Source of the DNA: Acidimicrobiales bacterium
GTDB lineage: Bacteria > Actinomycetota > Acidimicrobiia > Acidimicrobiales > VFJN01
Assembly: GCA_035641315.1 (NCBI GenBank)
Contig: DASQUK010000048.1
Coordinates: forward strand, 1,270 to 65,269
Direction: 5' to 3'
DNA length: 64,000 nucleotides
Below are positions 52,205 to 60,551 of this stretch, one piece after another; the first letter of the stretch is position 1, and each line of letters opens with the position of its first letter. The notes beneath the pieces were generated by a model. That model saw nothing but the letters and a program-made list of their open reading frames with translations. It was not told the DNA's origin and ran no database searches. A program made the position numbers and the translations under genes.

Positions 52205-52441
52205 GTCAGCTCCCTTCCAGTCCCCTCGGGCGATAATGAAGTTCTCAGAATGCGGCAACGTCGGTCTTACCCTAGGCTCGGCGGGCGGCGGAAGACACCC
52301 CTGCGGCGCCGCCGGCGTTCCGGCGCCGGAATCCTGCGAGTACCGGCAGGAATCAGCGCCGGTACGGTTCGGTGGAGTGGCCGCCACCGAGCTCGAGGCC
52401 ACCGCGGAAGCGGCCGCGGCGCGAGCGGAGTGGGGACGCCG

Positions 52442-53587
52442 ATGACGGGCGGGCCCCTCGCCGGTGTGCGCATCGTGATGATGGGTGGGCTGGGCCCCGG
52501 CCCGTTCTGCGGCATGCTGCTGGGCGACCTCGGCGCAGACGTCGTGCGGGTCGACCGCGTGAGCGAGGTCGGCCTGCCGCCGCCCGTCGACGTGGTGGTG
52601 CGGCGGAGCCAGCGCTCGATCGCCGTGGACGTCAAGGAGCCGCGCGGCCGGGACCTCGTGCGGTCGCTGGCGGAGCGCGCCGACGCCTTCGTCGACGTGT
52701 ACCGGCCGGGAGCGGTCGAGCGCCTCGGTCTGGGCCCCGACGACCTGCTCGCTGTCAACCCCCGCCTCGTGTACGCCCGCATGACCGGGTACGGGCAGGA
52801 TGGCCCGTACGCCGCGATGGCGGGGCACGACATCGACTACATCGCGCTCAGCGGCGCCCTCCACGCGATCGGCACGGCGGACACGCCGGTGCCGCCGCTG
52901 AACATCCTGGGCGACTACGGCGGCGGCGGGATGCTGCTGGCCGTCGGTCTGCTGAGCGGCATCCTCGAGTGCCGGCAATCCGGCGTCGGGCAGGTGCTCG
53001 ACGTCTCGATGCTCGACGGCGCAGTCACGTTGATGGCCGTCTTCTACGGCATGCTCGCCCAGGGCACGTGGCGGGACCGCCGCCAGGCCAACGTCGTCGA
53101 CGGGGCGGCCCACTTCTACCGCACCTACGAGACCGCCGATGGGAAGCACTTCGCAGTGGGCGCGCTCGAGCCGAAGTTCTACGAGGAGCTCTGCGCCCGC
53201 CTCGGTGTTTCCGTGCCGCACGAGGACGACGATCCGGACGCATGGGCTACCCACGGCGAAGCGATGGCGGCCCGCTTCCGCGACAAGACGCGAGCCGAGT
53301 GGGAGCAGGAGCTGGTGGCCCCCCAATCCTGCGCAGCGCCGGTGCTCAGCATGACCGAGGCGCCAGGGCATCCCCAGAACCGGGCGCGGGGCACGTTCGT
53401 GGAGGTCGACGGCGTGGTCCAACCCGCTCCGGCGCCCCGGTTCTCCCGCACGGTGCCGCCGCCGCCCGGGCGCCCGGCGCTGGCGGGCGACCAGACGCTT
53501 GCCGTGCTGGCCGAGCTGGGGCTGGACAACCAGACGGTGAGCGAGCTGTCAGCTGCCGGTGTGGTGCGGCAACGTGAGGGTGGCTGA
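52442..53587 (+). CDS. mcr: alpha-methylacyl-CoA racemase (family III CoA-transferase fold)
   Basis: Last 381 aa of ORF 52250..53587. Colinear by eye with mycobacterial MCR: LAGVRIV..GPGPFCGMLLGDLGADVVRVDR, YRPGAVERLGLGP, YARMTGYGQDGP, AGHDIDYIALSGALHAIG, PPLNILGDYGGGG, PAPRFSRT. Confidence 0.85.
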   Translation: MTGGPLAGVRIVMMGGLGPGPFCGMLLGDLGADVVRVDRVSEVGLPPPVDVVVRRSQRSIAVDVKEPRGRDLVRSLAERADAFVDVYRPGAVERLGLGPDDLLAVNPRLVYARMTGYGQDGPYAAMAGHDIDYIALSGALHAIGTADTPVPPLNILGDYGGGGMLLAVGLLSGILECRQSGVGQVLDVSMLDGAVTLMAVFYGMLAQGTWRDRRQANVVDGAAHFYRTYETADGKHFAVGALEPKFYEELCARLGVSVPHEDDDPDAWATHGEAMAARFRDKTRAEWEQELVAPQSCAAPVLSMTEAPGHPQNRARGTFVEVDGVVQPAPAPRFSRTVPPPPGRPALAGDQTLAVLAELGLDNQTVSELSAAGVVRQREGG

Positions 53588-53669
53588 GGCATGGCGCCTC
53601 TCAGGGAACCTGCGGTGATCTCTCGCGAGTACCGCAAGGAACCACCGCCGGAACGGGACGCTTGCTGCG

Positions 53670-54458
53670 TCAGGTGTCGCGATCCCGGGACAACAGGCGG
53701 TCGAGGTTGTCCCGCAGCTCGGGCGAGGTGAACGACCGGTCCTCGGCGGTCAGCGCGAAGTCCAGGGTGGCCAGCACCGCCCGCTCGAGGTGCAGGTTCA
53801 GGATGCGCTTGGTGTCCTGGGCCGCCCGCGGCGGCAGCTCGGCGATCCGCCGGGCGCAGGCCAGGGCCTGGTCCAGCACCTCGCCGTCCGGGCACACGTG
53901 ATTGACCAGGCCGATCTCGGCGGCCCGCCCGGCCGGGATCCGGTCCCCGGTCAGCGCGTACTCCTTGGCGAGCTGGAGGCTGGTCAGCAGCGGCCACGTC
54001 ACCGGCCCGCCGTCCGCAGCCACCAGGCCGACGAGCACGTGGGGATCGGCGAGGTGGGCGCTCTCGGCCATGAACACGATGTCGGAGAGGGCCACGATGC
54101 TGCAGCCGAGCCCGACCGCCGGCCCGTTGACGGCCGCCACGACCGGCAGGCGGCACGCCACCATGGCGGTGACGATCCGCCGCCCGTCGTCGAGGGACTG
54201 CCGCCGCAGCGCGGCGTCCTTGGTGAGCTCGTCCAGGTAGTCGAAGTCGCCACCCGCCGAGAACGCCCGCCCGTTGCCCGTGATGACCGCCACGCGGGCA
54301 TCTGTGTCGGCGTCGAGCTGGGGGAACACGTCGGCCAGCGCCCGGTGGAGCGTGTGGTTCGTGGCGTTGAGTTGCTCGGGCCGGTTCAGCCGAACGATCC
54401 GGACCGGCCCGTCGGCCTCCACCGTCAGCTCGTCGGGCAGGTCGTAGTTCACGCTCAT
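53670..54458 (-). CDS. enoyl-CoA hydratase/isomerase family protein
   Basis: 262-aa ORF with LNRPEQLNA, FSAGGDF, and AAVNGPAVGLGCS. Confidence 0.9.
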   Translation of the reverse strand: MSVNYDLPDELTVEADGPVRIVRLNRPEQLNATNHTLHRALADVFPQLDADTDARVAVITGNGRAFSAGGDFDYLDELTKDAALRRQSLDDGRRIVTAMVACRLPVVAAVNGPAVGLGCSIVALSDIVFMAESAHLADPHVLVGLVAADGGPVTWPLLTSLQLAKEYALTGDRIPAGRAAEIGLVNHVCPDGEVLDQALACARRIAELPPRAAQDTKRILNLHLERAVLATLDFALTAEDRSFTSPELRDNLDRLLSRDRDT

Positions 54459-54465
54459 GAGTTGA

Positions 54466-55599
54466 TCATGACGCTGGCAGCCCGAGGATGCGGGTCGCCA
54501 CGAGGTTGCGCTGGATCTGTGACGTCCCGCCCATCACGCTCTGGGCCCGGCTGTAGAGATACACCTTCAGCCACGTGTCGTCGCCTCGGTGGCCATCGAC
54601 GGCGCCCCCGATCGCGAGGGCGGCGTGCCCGACCGCCTGCTCGGCCTCGGTCATGAGCAGCTTGTCGACCGATCCCTCCGGTCCGTGGGAGATGCCGTCG
54701 AGGCGGTCCGACAGCCGCCGGCAGACGTGGCGCCGCAGCATCTCGGCCTCGACGATCGCCCACCCGAGGTCGCGGACCTCCTCGGGCCCGTACCGGTCCG
54801 GCTCGTCGCGCACCCGACGCACGAGCTCGTTGACGAGCTTGCTGTAGCGGGCGACGTAGCCGAGCTCACCGGGCTCGCGCTCGTGGCTGACGACGGTCAT
54901 CGCGAGCTTCCAGCCCTCGCCCGGGCCACCGATCATGTTGGCGGCCGGAACGCGGGCGCCGTCGAAGATGACCTCCCCGAACTCGGTCGTGATCCCGTTG
55001 ATCATCCGGAGCGGCCGCTGCTCGATACCGGTTTGGCGCATCGACACCACGAAGGCCGAGAGGCCCTTGTGCCGGGGCGCGTCGGGTTCGGTGCGGGCGA
55101 GGACGAGGCACCAGTCGGCCGCGTCCGAGTAGCTGGTCCAGACCTTGTGCCCGGTGATGACGTACTCGTCGCCGTCGGGCTCGGCGCGGGTGCGTAGCGA
55201 CGCCAGGTCGGAGCCGGCGTCCGGCTCGCTGAAGCCCTGGCACCACCGCTCTCGCCCGTTGACGATGCCGGGCAGGAACCGGCGCTTGATGTCGTCGCTG
55301 CCGTGCTCGAGGATGCCCTGCACCAGGTAGCCGAGGCTGGGTCGCGGGGGTGCGCCCGCGGCCGCGAGCTCCTCGTCGACGATGACCTCGTACACGCTGG
55401 GGAGCCCCTGGCCGCCGATCTCGGTCGGCCACGACAAGCCGAAGAAGCCGGCGTCGTAGAGCGCCTGGTGCCAGGCCGCCTGCCCGGCCCAGTAGTCGTC
55501 GGAGGTCGACGACGCCGGCAGCCCGGGGTTGTTGTCGCGCAGCCATGTACGCAGGCGCAGCCGGAACGCGGCCTCCTCGGGCGAGTCACCGAAGTCCAT
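54466..55599 (-). CDS. acyl-CoA dehydrogenase, alpha-type subunit
   Basis: ATG 55599 lies within ORF 54466..56580. Motifs WCQGFSEPDAGSDLASL, KVWTSY, and VMGGTSQIQRN. Confidence 0.9.
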   Translation of the reverse strand: MDFGDSPEEAAFRLRLRTWLRDNNPGLPASSTSDDYWAGQAAWHQALYDAGFFGLSWPTEIGGQGLPSVYEVIVDEELAAAGAPPRPSLGYLVQGILEHGSDDIKRRFLPGIVNGRERWCQGFSEPDAGSDLASLRTRAEPDGDEYVITGHKVWTSYSDAADWCLVLARTEPDAPRHKGLSAFVVSMRQTGIEQRPLRMINGITTEFGEVIFDGARVPAANMIGGPGEGWKLAMTVVSHEREPGELGYVARYSKLVNELVRRVRDEPDRYGPEEVRDLGWAIVEAEMLRRHVCRRLSDRLDGISHGPEGSVDKLLMTEAEQAVGHAALAIGGAVDGHRGDDTWLKVYLYSRAQSVMGGTSQIQRNLVATRILGLPAS

Positions 55600-56680
55600 G
55601 TTCCCCGCTCCCACCGCCGGGCGGCCGGGGTGCGCCTCCGATCCCGTGGTGGTCGAGGACACGGTCGAGGCTGGCGCCAACACCCCCGAGGACGTCGCTG
55701 GAGAGCAGGGCCCGCCGCAGATGGACGTGGGCCAGGCACTCCCAGGTGTTGCCGATGCCACCGTGCACCTGGATGGCGGTCTCGCACACCGCACGTGCCG
55801 CGCGGGCGCAGTAGGCCTTGGCCACTGCCGCCGCCGCCAACGCGTCGCCCGGCCGCAGAGCGTCCGCCGCCCAGGCGGCGTGGAGGGTGACGCTGCGCGA
55901 TCCGTCGAACGCCACGAACGCGTCGGCCAAGAGGTGCTGGATGGCCTGGAAGGAGCCGATCGGCCGGCCGTACTGCCGGCGCTCCTTGGCGTACTCGGTC
56001 GCGAGCTCCACTGCGCCGCGCATCGTGCCCACCAGGTCGGCGCAACAGATGGCGAGGCCGAGGGCGGTCCACGTCGTGATGTCGTCGGCGGTGATGTCCT
56101 TCGCCTGACCCGGCACGGGATCGACCGCGGTCGAGGGGTCCAGCGCGACCGTGGGGCGCGTGAGGTCGACGCGGGTCCCGGCGTGTGGCCCGTCCACCGG
56201 CGCCACGCCCACCTGCCCGAGCTTCCACGCGCCCGAGCCTGCGGGCACGAGCACGAGCGCCGTCGACGCACCGAGCGCGTCGACGGACGCAGCGCCCGCA
56301 GGTAGAGCGCCGTCGACGGCGCAGGCGGGCTCGGACAGGTCCGACGTGAGGGCGACGGTCTCGGGGGCCGTGGTCGTGGGGGCGGCCGCCGCTCGCCGGA
56401 GCTCCGCCGCCAGCGTCGGTCCGAGGAACGCGGCATCGGCGAGTCCCCGTCCGAGCTCCTCGGCGACGATGGCGACCTCGACCGCGGACGCCCACGGAGT
56501 GCCGTCGTTGTCTCCCGAGATTCGCAGCTCGCGCCACCCGGCTCCGGCGATGGTGGCGTCGAGCTTGGCGACCCGCTCACGGTCGTCGAGCTGGCCGACG
56601 GCGTGGGGTCCGAGCCGGTCGACGAGCTGGGCGGCGGAGTCGCGGAGCGCCCGTTGCTCGGGTGTGAGGCGGACGTCCAT
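55586..56680 (-). CDS. acyl-CoA dehydrogenase-like protein, probable beta-type subunit
   Basis: ATG 56680 lies within ORF 55586..56719. The C-terminal domain is RRQYGRPIGSFQAIQHLLAD...VHGGIG, and no N-terminal FAD motif is present. It overlaps the downstream ACAD by 14 nt and shares 1 nt with the upstream stop. Confidence 0.8.
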   Translation of the reverse strand: MDVRLTPEQRALRDSAAQLVDRLGPHAVGQLDDRERVAKLDATIAGAGWRELRISGDNDGTPWASAVEVAIVAEELGRGLADAAFLGPTLAAELRRAAAAPTTTAPETVALTSDLSEPACAVDGALPAGAASVDALGASTALVLVPAGSGAWKLGQVGVAPVDGPHAGTRVDLTRPTVALDPSTAVDPVPGQAKDITADDITTWTALGLAICCADLVGTMRGAVELATEYAKERRQYGRPIGSFQAIQHLLADAFVAFDGSRSVTLHAAWAADALRPGDALAAAAVAKAYCARAARAVCETAIQVHGGIGNTWECLAHVHLRRALLSSDVLGGVGASLDRVLDHHGIGGAPRPPGGGSGEHGLR

Positions 56681-58212
56681 CAAGCGTCGATCCGCTCGGC
56701 GGCCAACCGCGGCCCCCACTCGTCGCGCAGGGTGCGGCGCAGCACCTTGCCGGACGGCAGCCTCGGGATGGCGTCGACCACGACGACGTGGCGCAGGTGC
56801 TTGTAGGTCGCCAAGGTGTCGGCCACGAGCAGCCGGAGCTCACGGGCGGAGACCGGGCGGGTGGCGTCGAGTTGCACGGCCGCGACCGGTACTTCGCCGG
56901 CGCGTTCGTCGGGGATGCCGAAGACCGCGCAGTCGAGGACGCCCGGGTGGCCGTGGAGCACCGCCTCCACCTCCGCGGGCGCCACCTGGAAGCCGTTGAC
57001 CTTCATCATCTCCTTGGAGCGGTCGGTGAGATGGACCCACCCCTCGGGCTCGAGCCACCCGACATCGCCGGTGCGATACCAGCCGTCGACGAACGCGTCG
57101 GCGGTCGCCTCGTCGGGCAGGTATCCGGCCATGACCGACGGGCTGCGGGCCTGGATCTCGCCGATCCCGCCAGCCTCGAGGACCTTGCCGGTGTCGAGAT
57201 CGGCGACACGCAGCTCGATGTCCGCCGGCGGCAGGCCGGCCGAGTCGAGCCGCCACGCCGCGGGGTCGCCGACCGGGTTGGCGGCGATGACCGGCAGCTC
57301 GCTGGCGCCGTACGCCGGGAGCCAGCGGACGCCGGTGCGCTCGGTGACGGCATTGGCGACGCTCTCGGTGACCGGGGTCGCGCCCCACATGATGTAGCGC
57401 AGGGACGAGAGGTCGTAGTCCTCGAGGTGCGGGTGGTTCGCCAGCGCCAGGGCGATGGGTGCGACGGCCATCTCCAGGGTCATGCGCTCCGAGGCGATCC
57501 CGTGCAAGACCTCGTCGAGGTCGAACCGCCGGTGCAACCGGACGGTGGCTCCCGCCTCCGCGGCGGCGAGCAGGTTGAGCAGGCCGAGGATGTGTGACGG
57601 GGGCGTGGCCACCTGGAACCGGTCGTCGGGGCCGAGGCCGAGCGCGGTGCACCAGTGGACGGTGGCGGCGCCGATCGAGGCGTGCGTGTGGCGGACCGCC
57701 TTGGGGAACCCGGTCGTGCCGGAGCTGAACACGAGGATCACGTCGTCCGTGGCGCGTGCCCCCCCGCCCCCCGGAAGCCCCGCACGGCTGTGGGCGAACG
57801 CGGCCTCGCGCGCCGCGGGGTCCTCCAGGTCGATCACGCCGTCGCCGCCCAGGCGGTCGGCTAGCAGCGAGACGGCGGCGCCGTCGGCGACGGCGTGGCG
57901 GGGCAGGGTCAGGTCCAGGGCGTGGTCGACCTCGGCGGACTTCCACGCCGGGCTCGAGAGGACGGCGGCGGCGCCGACCTTGCTGATCGCATTGACCGCG
58001 ATCACGAACTCCGGTCGGTTCGTCATCATCACCGCGACGCGGGCGCCCGGTCCGACGCCCCGGTCGACCAGGTGGCGGCCGAAGGCGTTGGCGAGGCCGT
58101 CGAGATCGCGGAACGACCAGCGGTCGTCACCGGCCCGTACGGCGTCCCGATCGCCGTACCGGTCCGCAGCCCGCTCGAGCCCCCCGTGCATGAGCGTCGC
58201 CATCGGAAACAT
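56680..58212 (-). CDS. AMP-dependent acyl-CoA synthetase/ligase
   Basis: 510-aa ORF with FSSGTTGFPKAV, YGASE, YRTGD, and LPSGKVLR. Alternative start at ATG 58203. Confidence 0.9.
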   Translation of the reverse strand: MFPMATLMHGGLERAADRYGDRDAVRAGDDRWSFRDLDGLANAFGRHLVDRGVGPGARVAVMMTNRPEFVIAVNAISKVGAAAVLSSPAWKSAEVDHALDLTLPRHAVADGAAVSLLADRLGGDGVIDLEDPAAREAAFAHSRAGLPGGGGARATDDVILVFSSGTTGFPKAVRHTHASIGAATVHWCTALGLGPDDRFQVATPPSHILGLLNLLAAAEAGATVRLHRRFDLDEVLHGIASERMTLEMAVAPIALALANHPHLEDYDLSSLRYIMWGATPVTESVANAVTERTGVRWLPAYGASELPVIAANPVGDPAAWRLDSAGLPPADIELRVADLDTGKVLEAGGIGEIQARSPSVMAGYLPDEATADAFVDGWYRTGDVGWLEPEGWVHLTDRSKEMMKVNGFQVAPAEVEAVLHGHPGVLDCAVFGIPDERAGEVPVAAVQLDATRPVSARELRLLVADTLATYKHLRHVVVVDAIPRLPSGKVLRRTLRDEWGPRLAAERIDA

Positions 58213-58291
58213 TGTTCTCGGATTTGGAGATCGCCGTCAACACAGGCGGCAGGTACTGTTCGCCTACGTGGTCGGCGCGAACCTTCGGTCG

Positions 58292-58768
58292 ATGAACGTC
58301 GTCGCCGTCGTCGGCAACCCGAAGCCCGCGTCACGAACGCGCGGGGCCGCCGAGCTGGTGGCCGAGCGCCTCACGGGGGCACCGCCCACGACGGTCATCG
58401 AGCTGGCCGACCTGGGGCCGGCGTTGCTGAGCTGGGGCGATCCGGTGGTCGCCGCCGCCAAGCAGGCGGTCCTCGACGCCGACCTCGTGGTGTTCGCGTC
58501 GCCCACCTACAAGGCCACGTACACCGGGCTGCTGAAGCTCTTCCTCGACCAGTTCGGCGCCGGCGAGCTCCACGGCACCACGGCCGTCGCCCTCATGCTG
58601 GGCGCGTCGCCCCATCACGCTCTGGCGGGCGAGCTGACGCTCAAGCCCGTCCTCTCGGAGATCGGGTGCAGCTGCCCGACGCCGGCGCTGTTCCTGCTCG
58701 AGTCCGCATGGGAATCGAGCCCGGAGCTCGACGCCTGGGTGGCCCGTGCCTGTGACGTGCTGCGCTGA
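58292..58768 (+). CDS. NAD(P)H-dependent FMN reductase (SsuE/MsuE-like)
   Basis: Last 158 aa of ORF 57455..58768: MNVVAVVGNPKPASRTR...VVFASPTYKATYTGLLK. Confidence 0.82.
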   Translation: MNVVAVVGNPKPASRTRGAAELVAERLTGAPPTTVIELADLGPALLSWGDPVVAAAKQAVLDADLVVFASPTYKATYTGLLKLFLDQFGAGELHGTTAVALMLGASPHHALAGELTLKPVLSEIGCSCPTPALFLLESAWESSPELDAWVARACDVLR

Positions 58769-58779
58769 TCGCGGGCGCC

Positions 58780-59142
58780 CTAGCGGACCACCACCCGCAC
58801 GCGGCCGAGGTTCTGGATCCTGGCAAACGGAGTCCGGGCATCGCCCTCCCGCTGTGAGGCGGCACGCAGCACGGGGAAGTAGGTGCCGGGCTGGGAGAAG
58901 GAGTACGTGGCCGTCAGGGTCACCGTGGCCTTGCTACCGCTGAGCTGCTCGGCGACGGGATAGGTGCCGACGCCCTCGAAGTCCCATTCCGCGGCCACCA
59001 CCTTGCCGCCCTTGGGCGGGGTCTCGATCGTCGCGGTGAAGGTGACGGGCTCGCCGACCGCAACCTCGGCACGCTCGCCGCCGTTGGCCTTCAGCTCGAC
59101 CACCGGCTGGATGCCCTTGCGCTGGCCGGCCGTGGCCGGCAC
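58780..59142 (-). CDS. PKD/Ig-like beta-sandwich domain ORF, probably the 3' remnant of a larger secreted protein
   Basis: The C-terminal ~110 aa of ORF 58780..59535 read GEPVTFTATIETPPKGGKVVAAEWDFEGVGTYPV...GTYFPVLRAASQ, a PKD-like WDF(G)DG pattern. There is no signal peptide. The only in-frame start downstream of the P450 gene is GTG 59142. Confidence 0.4.
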   Translation of the reverse strand: MPATAGQRKGIQPVVELKANGGERAEVAVGEPVTFTATIETPPKGGKVVAAEWDFEGVGTYPVAEQLSGSKATVTLTATYSFSQPGTYFPVLRAASQREGDARTPFARIQNLGRVRVVVR

Positions 59143-59204
59143 CTCGACCCCACTACTCGGGGATCCCGGTGAGCCTGCACCCGGCCGCGTCGGGCTGAGC
59201 GCGC

Positions 59205-59253
59205 GTTCTGGTGACGTCACCCGTCGATTCCCAACGGATGACGTCACCAGAAC
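59205..59253. terminator. 49-nt hairpin starting 1 nt after the P450 stop codon
   Basis: GTTCTGGTGACGTCA (59205-59219) and TGACGTCACCAGAAC (59239-59253) are perfect inverted repeats. The stem extends inward with one mismatch. Each arm contains the self-palindrome TGACGTCA. No U-tract. Confidence 0.55.
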
Positions 59254-59254
59254 C

Positions 59255-60547
59255 TCAGCCGGCCGGCGTGAGCTCCAGGTGCAGGCGCCGGAGGCCGCGC
59301 AGGATGTACGTCGGGACGTACTCGTAGCGCCGGGCACGGGCGGGGCCGTGTGCCGCCTCGGAGATCCGGATGTCGCTCGTGCGCTCCAGCATGCGCGTGA
59401 TGGCGACGCGGCCTTCGGCGCGGGCGAGGGGTCCCCCGGGGCAGGCGTGGATGCCGCGGCCGAAGGTGAGGTGCTCGCGCGCGTTCCGCCGGTCGATCCG
59501 GAAATCGGCCGGTTCCGCGAACCGGCGGGGGTCACGGTTGGCAGCGCCGTTGAGGACCATCACGGTCGTGCCGGCGGGGATGTCGACGCCGCCGACGGTC
59601 GTCGACCGGCGCGCGAGCCGGAAGTCGCCCTTGACCGGGCTCTCGATGCGCAGGCACTCCTCCACGAAGTCGGGTATGCGGTCGGGTTCGTCCCGGAGGA
59701 GCTGCTGCAGGTCGGGGCTCTCGCCGATCAGCTGGAACGCGGACCCGAGGAGCCGGACCGTCGTCTCCTGCCCCGCAGAGAACAGGTTGGCCGCGATCCG
59801 GACCACATCGATGACCTCGGGCGTGGACCCGTCGGGGAAGGTGGCGGTGGCCAGGCCCGTGAGCACGTCGTCGCGTGGGTCACGCCTGCGGTCCTCGACG
59901 TAGGCCGTGAACCGGTCGTACAGGAACTCCAAGGGATTGTGACTGACCGAGGCGGACCCGGTGCTGCCCACGACCCGCCCGGCGGGGGGGCGGCTGCCCT
60001 GTAGCTCCTTGCGGAACGTCTCGTGGTCGGCCTCGGGCACGCCGAGCAGGTCAGCGATCACGTAGAGCGTGAACGGACCGGCGAACTCGCCGATGAGCTC
60101 GCACTCGCCGCGGGCGACGATGTCGTCGATCTGGTCGTCGGCGCGGCACCACATGAAGTCCTCGTTCTCGCGGAGCCTCTTCGGCGTCAGCAGCCGCATC
60201 AACAACCCGCGGTGGGCCTTGTGCATGGGCGGGTCCATCGACGGGAGCTGGTCGCTGAACGGCAGCTCCTCGCGGTGCTGCTCGATCAGGTCGCTCACGT
60301 CGTCACCGTCGAGACCGTCGAGCGGGACGGGGAAGCCGGGGAACGGGCCGGTGGTCGCGATGCACGAGGAGAACGTGTCCGGGTCGGTGAACACCGAGGC
60401 GGCCTCGTCGTAACCGGTCACCATCACCACACCGTGATGCGGCTCGCGGCGGACGGGGCACTGCTGGCGCAGGAAGTCGTAGTACGGGTACGGATCGACG
60501 ATGAGCTCGTCACCCTGGAAGTAATCGACGCTGTCGAAGTCGGTCAC
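59255..60547 (-). CDS. cytochrome P450
   Basis: 430-aa ORF. Heme loop FGRGIHACPGGPLAR. I-helix-like SAGQETT. EXXR (ECLR). Confidence 0.92.
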   Translation of the reverse strand: MTDFDSVDYFQGDELIVDPYPYYDFLRQQCPVRREPHHGVVMVTGYDEAASVFTDPDTFSSCIATTGPFPGFPVPLDGLDGDDVSDLIEQHREELPFSDQLPSMDPPMHKAHRGLLMRLLTPKRLRENEDFMWCRADDQIDDIVARGECELIGEFAGPFTLYVIADLLGVPEADHETFRKELQGSRPPAGRVVGSTGSASVSHNPLEFLYDRFTAYVEDRRRDPRDDVLTGLATATFPDGSTPEVIDVVRIAANLFSAGQETTVRLLGSAFQLIGESPDLQQLLRDEPDRIPDFVEECLRIESPVKGDFRLARRSTTVGGVDIPAGTTVMVLNGAANRDPRRFAEPADFRIDRRNAREHLTFGRGIHACPGGPLARAEGRVAITRMLERTSDIRISEAAHGPARARRYEYVPTYILRGLRRLHLELTPAG

Positions 60548-60551
60548 GGCT

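Noticed and set aside
53588-53669. Possible hairpin (CTGCGGT...CTCGCGAG...ACCGCAAG) between the convergent mcr and crotonase genes.
   Set aside because: The stems are short and imperfect compared with the other junction hairpins, so the call is not convincing.
46098-58212. Three adenylating enzymes plus P450s as a secondary-metabolite (NRPS/PKS-like) cluster.
   Set aside because: I saw no carrier-protein, condensation, ketosynthase or thioesterase domains. The ligases are stand-alone acyl-CoA synthetase-sized proteins embedded among beta-oxidation genes, so the region is catabolic rather than biosynthetic.
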